A stretch of DNA of 64,000 nucleotides, taken from Dimorphilus gyrociliatus (taxonomy: Eukaryota; Animalia; Annelida). The position numbers were made by a program, and so were the translations under genes. Position 1 is the first letter of the stretch; each line of letters starts with the position of its first letter. Below are positions 1 to 11,567 of this stretch, piece after piece. The DNA lies in the NCBI GenBank assembly GCA_904063045.1, contig CAJFCJ010000005.1:3280165-3344164 (forward strand). Direction: 5' to 3'. The notes under the pieces were generated by a model, which made no database searches, was not told the origin of the DNA, and saw only the letters and a list, made by a program, of their open reading frames with translations.

Positions 1-3000
1 CTATTCCAATTCTTCAACAACTTTACTATCCGAACAACTTAAATTATGCTTTAACAGAGTGAATTATGATAGAATAACAATATTACCAAATTTCCATTCA
101 ACACCATATACATTTTATAAATTTGACGAAATCAACTTATGCATGTTTGAAACAATAGCTGAAATGACTTTAAAGTTATTACCGGAAGAAATTGATATTC
201 AAATTAAGAGTGTAGCTGAAGAGAATATAACTTTAGCCGTTATGTCTTCGTCACTTTATGGTCTTGTTTATCAACAGGATAAGTTTAAAAAATTAAATCA
301 TTGCGTTCCCAAAAAATCTTCTATATTCAACATAATTAAGGGATCAATTACAAAGCAGAAAGCGGATGTTATTGCTAATATATCTAACAAACAAAATTTG
401 ATTTCAACGCCTATTTCTAAGAAGTTAATAAAGAGGACAAAAGAATTAAAAAACCGTCTGATAAATCATCAAAATGGTTGTTATAATTTTCATAAAAAGC
501 ATGAAGTACTATTAACAAAAGGATTTGGTTTAAACTGCAAGTTTATATTCCATTCCGCTTTGAAACAGTACTCGGGTAAAGGGGATGAAAAGGTAAGATC
601 TCTACGAGAATCTTTCAATTTTGATGTAAGAAAGAAACTCTATCTATTTCCTTTTTGAACAGAATTTAATAGATCTGCTTGTTTTATGCTTTGATAAAAT
701 GAGATATAAGAATTCAAAGAGTATTTGTTTCCCGTCATTTTTCGAAGATGATTTAAACTATCCACCGGAAGTGGTTGCAAGATGTATAGAAGAAATAGGT
801 TCAAGTTATGGTAAGGAAATGGGTCTTGAAAATATAACGCTTGTAATCTCAAATATTGATATTTTTGAGGTACGTAGTTCTGAAATAAGAAACTAATTGA
901 TCATTTAATACTAACTATTAGTTATTTAATTAGAAATTTGAGGATTACTTTTACGGTAAACCTTGGAAATATGAATCTGGAAAGTTTAAACTTTATGGAA
1001 ATATACAAATTAATTTGTCTACTAAAACTCTATCAGACACAAAAGCTCAAGCTATAATATGTCCAATTGAATCCTCTCTAGCTCTGGGTGATAATCCCAT
1101 AACCAAAGATCTTGTAGAAAAATATAGTCATTTACAAGATAAAATCAATAAAATAGCCTGTAATGGTGACGTATTTTCCTATAGATTTAATGAAATGAAT
1201 AATACATTATTAATCTTTTGTAAAATTACAAATGGAGGCATAAAAAATCAAATTTTTAAAACTTTATCATATGTTGATGAATTAAATATCAGTTCAATCG
1301 CAATTCCAACAATCAAAGGTTATAATATATTTAAATACGTTTGCTGGACAAACTTTTTAACTTGATTTTTAATTTTTCTTCTCTTTTCTTTATATAGAAA
1401 ACTTTCAAATTAGTTTGTCAGAGTATGAAATATTTTTAATGATTATTGAATCGTACTTTTATGGAATAAAACCTAAAAATCTTCGAAATATTACAATATT
1501 TATGAAAGAAAATGAAAGAAACATTTATAAAGATACTCTTTTAAAAAAGTGTAGTACGTGTTATTATGTAATAATTTAATTGCTTAAATATTAATGTAGT
1601 TCTATTATAGATAATCTAAATTACGTAAATATTTCTGGTTTTAAACAATCGAATATAGTAAAAGCATTTCATGATTTTACATCTGGATTAGAATCTCTTG
1701 TTACTGCATCATCGATGAATTTACCTTACAAATACGATTCCCTTAACGTTAGTTGAATATTGAATGAATAAATTTGCATATTTAATTAATATTTTAATTT
1801 TATTTCAATTAGCCAATCATTAAATCTACTTGCGTATTTTTTCCTGACATAATAACTCAAGTTTATGGAAACGAATTATTCTTTTTTGGCTTTGAAAAGA
1901 GTGTTAAAAACTTAAAAAAGTCTCTTGACTGTATTATTAAACATCACGAACAGAAGAGAATACAAAAAGAACATAGGAATTTATTGCAAGATTGCGTAAC
2001 TATCTAACATTAATAAGTATTTATATTTCCTTAATATTTACTTTAAATGAATAGGTTCAATGGAAATATTTAAAAGATTCAATATGGATAGATTTTTCTC
2101 CGCAAGATAATATTTTAATTGAACGAAACTATTCAGAATATTTGGCGAATAATTATAATAAATGTAAATTTGGAAATGATAAATCAGAGATAAGTATCTT
2201 CTTCCAGTGTAATGAAAATCATTTATGTACAATATTTTATGGGAAAAGCGTAAATTATCCAATAAAACGTCATGATAAAGGTAAATCAATAAAAAATTAT
2301 GACGATAAATAATCATATATATTAATTTTTAGCAAGTCTTTTACCATTTACCTGGCAAAATCCTAAAAGTGAAGAATTCTCAATTTATTCAATTGATCCT
2401 TGTTCTGAAGAGTATTCTACAGTTGTCCGTTATTTAGATAAAACTGCTCAATCAAGTTATAAAAGCGTAATTAAGGTCTAATATATATATATATATATAT
2501 ATATCTGTTGTCGACGGAGCGAAGTTGATTAATAAACGCCCTCTTTCTTGTTTTATAGATAGAAAAAATTCAAAATCCTCCTCTCTATAAAAAATATCAA
2601 ACATATAAACAATCAGTAATAAAACGAATTGGTAATCCAGACTTTGATATTGAAACCTACCCCGTTTGGCACGGAACGTCAAAATCATCAATAGATGCTA
2701 TTTGTAAAGGTCATTTTGATAGAAATTTTGCTGGTAAACACGGTATATATCATAATTTTATACAAGTCTTAAAATGTAAGTGTCCTTATCTTTATCAGCT
2801 GTTCGATTTGGAATTGGTTCATATTTCGCAAAAAATGCTAGCTATCCAATAAATAATGGATACGCTTCTAGAGATGAGCAAGGTCAAAAAAGATTATTTT
2901 TATGTCGTATTATAACTGGAAAATATTGCAAAGGTTCCGACAAAATGCCCATACCGAAAGTTAAAAATAAACCTTCAGAGAATTTCGATTCAACAGTGAA

Positions 3001-3079
3001 TAACGTTGAATTTCCAACCATTTATGTTATTTTTCACGACGATGCAGCTTATCCTGAATATTTAGTAACTTTAATATAG
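1..3079 (+). CDS. PARP (mono-ART, PARP14/15-like) gene 1, 5'-partial, multi-exon: degenerate macro-like domains and C-terminal catalytic domain
   Basis: Frame is open from base 2. Macro-like segments GFGLNCKFIFH and SSIAIPTIKG. Catalytic motifs PVWHGTSKSSIDAICKGHFDRNFAGKH (about 2658-2741), GIGSYFAKNASY and PTIYVIFHDDAAYPEY up to the stop at 3079. Short GT-AG introns. Confidence 0.88.
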
Positions 3080-3308
3080 CAATTTACAAGTACCATTAAG
3101 CTTATTTTCAACTATTGATATATTTATTATACTATGAAGCTATGCCTAATGATTAACACTGAATAACGAAGTTTCAAAACTCGGTTGTTCTTTGCTAAAT
3201 ACATTAATTTTATATATTAATATTTTAGCTTAATAAAAAGTATTCGAACTTTCTTAATTAATAGAAATAGCAACACGCATTTTTAAACAAACTATTCTAA
3301 TTTACAAT

Positions 3309-4246
3309 TTATTGAGCAGCAATCGTTAGAACATATTCTGGTAAAGCCCCAAAATCATTAAAAACAACATAAATTTCCGGATTTTCAAGATTATCAACTA
3401 CAGTCTCATATCTGCTTAATGGAAACGACATGGGATTAATTAAAGGGCTCTTCAAATGTGGTTCTCCCAAACATGAAGAACCTTGGACGATACGACACAT
3501 AATTAATTTTTTATAGTTGTTTGACCCTCGCCGAGATAAACGGTCGTTTAAGGCATAACTTACATGTCTAGCGAAATATGTTCCCATACCAAATCTGTTG
3601 CCTGAAATAGAATATTTAATTGAAAATATTTTCTATTTTCATCATAAGCATCAATAAATATAACCATTTCTCCCTTGGTAACTTCTGTTAAAATGGTCGC
3701 GACATATTTCTTCAACAGAGTTTTCATCTGTACCGTGCCAGACAGGACGAACTTCTACATTTCTGTTATTATATCTCTTTTCAATGTTCTTTTTATAAGA
3801 TTCATAAAGATCCTTTAACAAGATATTTTTTATTCTCTCAATCTGCAAAATGAATAGAATACTTAGTTCGAAACCTTTTTATTATTAAAGTGTTTACCAT
3901 AACAATTCTGTATTGGCTATTATCTCCGAGAGATCTAAAAAATAACGTTTCAACTGATTTGTATTCATCTGACCAACTGCAAACTTTGTCAAGTACTGTT
4001 TCTGCTTGAACCTCTTTTATATTGTAGAAATTTTCAGGAGTGTTTTCATTGCTCAAAGATGTAAACCAATCGCCATAATCATTCTCTGGTTGCATTATAA
4101 GCGGCTTTTCATCATTGCCATAATACATAACCTGTGAGTATAAATGAATATAGAAAATTGTATTAATTGATGTTATTATAAATATATGTTGAAATAGGAT
4201 AAAAATTATTAAAAAATACAATAACCTTTTCATATGGTTTGCGCAT
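3309..4246 (-). CDS. PARP gene 2: short, essentially catalytic-domain-only mono-ART
   Basis: Exons encode QIERIKN...PVWHGTDENSVEEICRDHFNRSYQGRNG, GTYFARHVSY and PEIYVVFNDFGALPEY. The start is either the ATG at 4246 (MRKPYEK, spliced in phase 0 to VMYYG) or the ATG at 4128. Confidence 0.85.
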
Positions 4247-4251
4247 GCGCA
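4240..4251. promoter_or_regulatory. Perfect NRF1/Ewg-type palindrome TGCGCATGCGCA between divergent PARP genes 2 and 3
   Basis: Exact 12-bp consensus in otherwise AT-rich DNA. A related TGCGCATGCGTA lies at 52194-52205 between another divergent pair. Confidence 0.6.
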
Positions 4252-4440
4252 CTTCGATCGCTATTTTTTATTTACAGAGAAGTAAATATAATAAATATAT
4301 CATTAATATTTTTCGTTATAAATTAAAAGACAAAATTTTATAATTTAAAAAAATTTTTTACAAGAATTTTGTTAAAGTTATTTTCGTACAAATTCAAAGA
4401 ATTTTCCGATGACTTGTAACTCTAAGCGAAAGTAGGAATA

Positions 4441-7400
4441 ATGTCAACGGAAATGTCCCTTGTACGTCTAAATTTAGAAGATAGTTTGGATATTAAAGAA
4501 GATAAACTCTTGTCTTTTCTGAATAATAATCTATGTAACTATGTGGATAAAATTATAGACTGTGTTGAACCATTGAGTTCAACTATTCTTTTGAAACTTG
4601 ACCGTAATTCTAGTAAGTATCATACGTAAAAATTTAGCAAATCTTTTTACTATTTGTAATTAATACATTAACTGATATTTTTAATATAAAGGCAAAAAAC
4701 TTTTATCTCTTTTTTCATTTTTTCGGTTTCGGTTTCCGTTTCGGTTTATTAGTATTATCTGCTAGCAATGTGTACCGATAAATTATACCATAAAGGTATA
4801 AAAATACAATACATACATATATGATTTTAGATTTAGAGAAACTATTACGACCAAACGAACATATTTTATTGAAAACACCTGATGAAAGAACAATTAAAGT
4901 ATTAGATGCTTCCCTTCTAAAACCAGGTTCGAATTGGGAAAGACACTTTGATCCCCAAATGAAGGAGGCTGGTAAAAAACGTTCATTTATTATATATTTA
5001 ATTGTTTCTTATCATTAGACAATCATATTGTAGATATCAAAACTACTGACATGAAGATACAAGATAATGTAAATAAACGCAGTGATTCAAACTACGATTC
5101 ATCAATGGGAGAAAATATAAATGGTATTGTTCTAATAACAACCTTAAATATTGCGATCTATTATTATAAAACATAATTTTCAGAGAAAGCTATTCATATT
5201 GAAATTAAACCTAAAAAGGATGAGAAACTTGATCTTAATCTTGTTTCTTCGTATGTCAAGTCAAGATTTACTTTTGAAGGGGAATATAACATAAAAACAG
5301 TTGAAGATTCGATTATATTACTTTGTGATTCGCTGAAAGGTATTTAAACTTGTTCTATAAAATTACTCGTCTTTAAAAGTAAATTAATAACGTTATAGAT
5401 TCCAAAACTATACTTAAAAACTGTACCAAAGATACGGTTATTTATGGAACAGATGTTATAGTTGTTGAAACAGACAACACCTTCGTATATGTAGAATGGG
5501 AGTCTGAGGAAAATATTACCGATTTAGAAATAATTTTGATATTTGGAGTACCAAAAGACATAGAAAAAGGAAGTAAGAACTTCGGTATTAAAGAGATCTA
5601 CTTTTTGAATGAAAAGCAAGCTGTAATAGAATTTGAAAAAGCTAAATGTATTTAATTAAATATTCGATAAATTCAAAGATTACTAATACTTATCTGTATT
5701 CCTATAAAGTTGCTAAAAACTGCATAGGAAAAGGAGATATTGAATCAGATGGTACCAAATTTAAAGTATTCACACCTGGTCGGATAAATCTAATAAAAGA
5801 TTGCCTTGCAAGAACAATACAAGTTATAGATTTATCAGATGAAATGTCAAAGCGCATCAAAAGCATTCTAAAGTTATGCTGTTCCGAAATCGTTGCTGAG
5901 GAGTGTCTTTACAATATTGAAGGACAAGAATGCTACGTTATTCTGAGTGATGAAAAAGGTAAACTTATCTCATTTTTAATAAAAACGTTCTAGTTCAGAC
6001 AACTTTCTAGATGCTTCATTGGTTTTGGAAAATTATCCAAAGGGAAAAGAATTCACTTTTCAAAAACTAAATTTGGAAGCTTATTTAAAATACTTGCTTA
6101 AGACGAGCCAGACAAACATTCTATCTAAAGATGATTCTATTAAAAATAATAACAGTTCAAATGAGACAAATGCCTTAACAAGCAATGGCAATAATACTCA
6201 GCAAAATAAGGACACTGATAAGGATAAATGTTTTGAAGATGGAAATAGTTCCGATGATAATTGTGAGAGTAGGGATGATAGCAATGATAAGAATAGTTAT
6301 TCTGATTGTTACGAAAATACTCACTCTGAAAACAGTGACACTAATAATAGTGATTTTGAACAAGAAATAGTATTAGATCATTGTAAAGATACAAAAAGTT
6401 TGTTCTCGATATTCAATTTATTTTAACCTTAATAACTTACTTTTTCATTGAAGATACAGTAACATTAATTGCTTTTCTTCAAAACGATCAAGTACTTGAA
6501 GAAAAGAATTATAGAGAAATATTTACAAACCCTGACAAGTCTGGTGGGAGTGAACCTTTGGATATAATCGTCAAAAATTCATACGCAACTTTAACATACA
6601 AGTCATTAGAAAGTAAAAAATACTGTTTCAGTATAAAAAAAACATATTAATAATTTTCAATAACAGCTTCAATGAAAGTCCTTAAACAATGTTTTGAAGG
6701 CATCTTTTACAACAATAATCGGATATTTGTTACTGAAGAAGATAATCGTTTCATATGCATCAAGTGTATATCGGATAAAAAAGTATCAGATCTCGATTTT
6801 CAATTATGCTCTTCAATTCCTAGGAATGAGGCAGGTGAAAATTATGGTGTTGCAAACAAATATCTTCTAAATAAAGATTCTCGTTTAATCGAATATGAAA
6901 AATCAGAATGTAAGTATCAAAATAGATAAAATAACACAAGTATTATATCTATTTCCTATTCGATACAGATGCTAAACAATTTATTAAAAATGGATATTTG
7001 GAAAAGAAAGATATAGTGTTTAAAGTATACACACCAGGATTTATTAATTTATCTCATGCTTTTCTAAATCGTACACTTCAATTACAAGATTTAACTGAAG
7101 ATGACGCAAGTTTTGATAAAATTGATGGTATTTTGAAGATTAATAATAATGAAATAAGATTGATAGATTTTTTATATTATCCAAAAATTAAACTTGGATT
7201 TCTAACTTTTGAGAATCCTGAACGTAAGTGATATTGTGATACATATATAACAAAGTTTTATAGCAAAGTTTAGTTTCTTTCTAATTTTAGATGTTAAATA
7301 CTTGCTAAAGGTTAAAAGTATAACTTTTTCCCATGTAACTTATAACTTTCAAGAGCTGGACTTTAAGACATATCTACGTTGTAAATTTGACCAAGATAAA

Positions 7401-10400
7401 CAAGAGTTAGACACTCTCAGGAAAATGAATAAGATTTTATCACATGGAAGCATTTCGTTGCCACCCGACTTTAAAATGAAATCTGTTTTTATTTATTTTC
7501 TTAAGCAGTCAAAAAAATGGATGAACGAATTATCTAATTATATGATAGAGAAGAGTGCAAAAGTTTCGGTGGAAGAAGATGCTAAAGAACTAACTGTTTG
7601 TTTTCACAGCAATAATGACACAAATGTAGAGCTACGCAATTGGAATTTCAGATCTAAAAAGAGTATAGATTCATTTTTGAATAAGAATTTAGAATTTCAA
7701 GAAGTCTCCATAGGGAAGAAGTCTAATATAAAATTCAACGAATTCAAGGATACTGACGATATTATTTATAAATGGAAACCATCATGTGTTACTATAGTAG
7801 GAACAAAAGCTTCCGTAAAGAGAGCCGTTGACCTTATTCGCATCAGAGCAATGGATACAATAACTATAGACTTGCAAACTGAGTTATTTAAAGAATATTT
7901 AGAAAATGCGAAGACTATATCAAAATTAAAAGAGAAGCATGAAAGAGTTACTTTTAATATGGCAAAAGAGTTAAAAATAATTGTTAAAGGCCCTGAAAAC
8001 ATTCTTAAAAATGTAAAAATGGAAATACTTCAAGATATTGTCAACACAAGTGAAGAAACTGTGAAATTTTCTCCGAAGATAATAAAAATATGGAAGAACG
8101 AAATTAAGTTTAAAGAAGATGTTAAAAGCCTTATTAAATCAAGGTCAAATATTGTAGTTGTTTTCGAATGGATTGATTTGAATACGATCAAATTTATTTC
8201 TAATTCTGAAGCAGATTTACTACTAATTGCTAAAGAGTTAAAAACTAGTCTTCAAACAAGTTCAATTGATATTGACAATCATAGAAGTCAATTATTAAAG
8301 AGCAATGAGTGGAAAACTTTTTATGAAAACTTGAAAAAGGAATGTAGACAAACTTTCTATATAAGAACTGAGAATAACAAAATCAACATAGGGGCTGTCA
8401 AATGTATCGATTTCGTAAGCAGAAGGATGAACACATTTTTTCAAGTCAATGAAAAGGCAAAAATAAAGATACAAATAACTGACAGCGATATGTTTCATCT
8501 TAAGAATGGTCTAAAGCCAAAATTACTGGAATGTATAAAAGTAGGATGTTTTTTTGAGGATTCTTCTATCATTGCAAACTGTAGGAAATCTGAAGAGAAT
8601 GCACTTGAAACGAAGATAAAAGCCTTTCTAAAAGATAATATTTTCTCCGAGATCATCGAGTTTACCAGAAAGAATGATATCTTTGTATTGAAATTTGATA
8701 ATATAAAATCTAAAATTATCAGGATGATTGGTCAATCTGAAAAAGTCTTTTTCAAAACCATTTCAGTTCCATCCAACGTTAAGACAAATATATCAATATT
8801 ACACATAGTCGAAGGAAAACTATCTGATCAAAATACTGATGTTTTTTTAAATACTATTTCCGAAAAGTTTGACCTTAGAATTGGAGTAGTCTCAAGATCT
8901 CTTCTTGAAACTGCGGGCTCTAGTTTACAAGAGGAATGCCAAAGTAAATATCCAAACGGAGTTGCAGCAGGCGAAGTTGCAGTAACTGGTGGACATGATC
9001 TTAAATGTAAATATATTCTGCACCGAACTCTTGCTAAGAATCCACCTAACAATAATGATCAGGTTAGCATATATTTAAATTTAATAATCTTAAATTCTAC
9101 TGTAAAAGTAAAAACAATCTTTTATTGAAATAGCCAATCATTGAATATCTAAAAGATTGCCTAAACAAAGTATCATCACTTAGTAATGTCAAATCTGTAT
9201 CAATGCCGGCTATTGGAACAGGAAAATTAGGCTATAGTCCTGAGTTAGTTGCGAGAAGCATTCAAACGATAGCCAATACAACAGGTGTTAAAATTGGATT
9301 ACAGAGAATAAATGTTGTCATTTACCCAGGCGAAAGCAACATATTATCAGTAAGAAACTTAAATAATATGTAACTTACACTGCAGTACCTTTTGTGTTGA
9401 ATTTTCTGTAGTCTTTCCAAAAAGTATTCAAGTCTGCACCAAACAATACAGGAAATCGTAAGTTTACCTTTTAGTTTAATAATCGTAAATAACACAGATG
9501 AAAATAAACAGCAAATAGTATAAATATCCAATGTAGCAGTCTCAGTTTATCCAATGTAAAAAAAGGAGTTACTGAGTTTAGGAGCAAAGTTTCGGAATTT
9601 TATGAAACCTCTACTATAAAAAGTTCTTTTAAATTGAATTCATCCGAGGTAGGTATACGCTGAACATATATATATATATTCCTAACTTCAATATACATAA
9701 GTTAAAATATTAAATAGGGAAAAGAACTGGAAAAATTAACCGAATTTGGAGCACACATTGAAATTTCTGATTCCAAAGAAATTATAGTTTCTGGTTTAAA
9801 GTCAGGCGTTTCCTCGTTAAAATACAAAATTAAAAGTAAACTAGAAAATTTTGAAGAAAGGAGGAAAACTCAGCAACTTCGAAAAATCGTTCAAGTAAAT
9901 AAGATTAATAAAACTAAAAATTTCAATGTTTAAATGTTTAATTATTAATTTTTTTTTGCTAGTTTCAATGGCAGTTTGATATAAATGGAAAATATAAAGA
10001 TTTTGCAGATGATAGAAATATTGAAGTTGAAACACATTATCAAAGATTTTTACAGCAGCCTAGTGAAGATACAATGACTATTCGGTCAAGGAAAACAAAA
10101 ATGAAATATACTATACACTTCCAGCAAAACGAATCGCACTATCAACTTGACGAATCAAATAATAAAATTAAACTAAAAAGAATTGACAAAAGTAAGTGAG
10201 ATTTAATTTTTATCTCTTTATATTTATGTCGTCAAATAGAATCGAGAAATGAATATCCAAAAACTTGGAGTGAATCTGAAAAAGAAATGGAACGAATGGT
10301 TGAAGTTGATCAAAACACAACCGAATACGCGACAGTCGTCAACCATCTAAGCTCGGGAAGGTCAAATTACACAAGAATTTTAAAGGTTCAGGCTTTTCTG

Positions 10401-10950
10401 TTTTTATTTAGATTGTTATATAAATGTAGAAGTTTTGATTTTAATTAGATTGAAAGAGTGCAAAATCCTACTTTATATAAACAATATCAACTGTACAAGA
10501 ACAAGCTTTCTAAAGATATTAATAGAGATGCAGAATTTTATCCTGCTTGGCATGGTACAGATTCTGCAACAGTTAAAAGTATCGTGAAAGGAAATTTTGA
10601 TAGAAGTTTCGCTGGGAGACATGGTTCGTTTCTTGAATAATATATAATGTCTAAATTGTGATATTAATCTCTTTTGTCCAATACATTTAGCTGTGGCTTA
10701 TGGTCAAGGAGTTTATTTCGCTCGGAATGCGAGCTATTCTTTACAAGGCTTTTCAAAGCCGGATCAGTCGGGTATAAGGAAATTAATTCTTTGTAGAATA
10801 GTTGTTGGAAATTATTGCCCAGGCAATTCTAGTATGAAAACTCCGGGACCAAATTACAATTCAACAGTTGATAACGTCAACAATCCTTCAATGTTCGTCG
10901 TTTATAATGATAGTGCAGCATACCCAGAATATGTTATATCTTTACAATAA
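4441..10950 (+). CDS. PARP14-like protein (gene 3): repeated RRM-like N-terminus, KH-like region, macro domain, WWE, PARP catalytic domain
   Basis: ATG at 4441. Long exon 7302-9061 leads into a macro domain (DVFLNT...SRSLLETAGSSLQEEC...GEVAVTGGHDLKCKYILH, then MPAIGTGKLGY). WWE (FQWQFDINGKYKDF) near 9960-10190. Catalytic AWHGT...NFDRSFAGRHG, GQGVYFARNASY and PSMFVVYNDSAAYPEY; stop at 10950. Confidence 0.9.
4721..4747 (-). promoter_or_regulatory. Tandem ISRE/IRF-type array (GAAANN repeats) in intron 1 of the PARP14-like gene
   Basis: The minus strand reads AAACCGAAACGGAAACCGAAACCGAAA, i.e. four GAAA cores at 6-bp spacing. Confidence 0.6.
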
Positions 10951-11434
10951 ACTATTATGTTTAACTGTAATAAAGGAATGCTATGATCGACGAAAATTTA
11001 ATAAAATACATGATAAGATATTGAAGAAATTGCGAAAACAATTGTTTCTATTTTAATTATTATTAGTTGTATTAGTTAGAAAACAGGCTTAGCACTGTTG
11101 ACGTTCTTTTAAGAATTAGATATTGATAATTATGTAATAGTATGTCATTATTAAATATTATTTATAGCATAAGAGAACAAATATAATTATCCCTTTGTTG
11201 TTATTTTGTTGTTTTTTAAATCTATACTTATTCATTTTAAAATACCTTTTTATAGACAATATTATAAAAAATAGGCTATGAGAGATCATAATTTATCAAT
11301 TAATTTAAATATTGAGATTATCATTAGAGATAGGTTATAATATCTATAATATTTAAGAATAACAGCATTATTCTAAATTCAATTGGTACAACATCTGTTT
11401 ATTGGAAAGGGCCCTTTGCTGCTAAATCCGCCAC

Positions 11435-11445
11435 TTGGCGCGAAA
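11435..11445 (-). promoter_or_regulatory. E2F-type site TTTCGCGCCAA upstream of the ATP13A gene
   Basis: Exact consensus in a GC-richer patch about 120 bp before the ATG. Motif match only. Confidence 0.3.
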
Positions 11446-11567
11446 TCATTTTACCAGTTTTCACTGCATGTAAACTGGATCGTTATTTTATGCCATGGTT
11501 GTATGTAGTATGTTCTATCGAATACTTATTCAACATTTATCTCATCTTTTCGGATAAAACGTCTAAT

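Noticed and set aside
7766-9052. Three minus-strand ORFs (7766-8002, 8295-8498, 8828-9052)
   Set aside because: Shadows of the long PARP14-like exon.
11400-11520. GC-richer patch with the palindrome AAAGGGCCCTTT as a possible small ncRNA
   Set aside because: No recognisable snRNA, snoRNA or tRNA motifs; more simply the ATP13A promoter.
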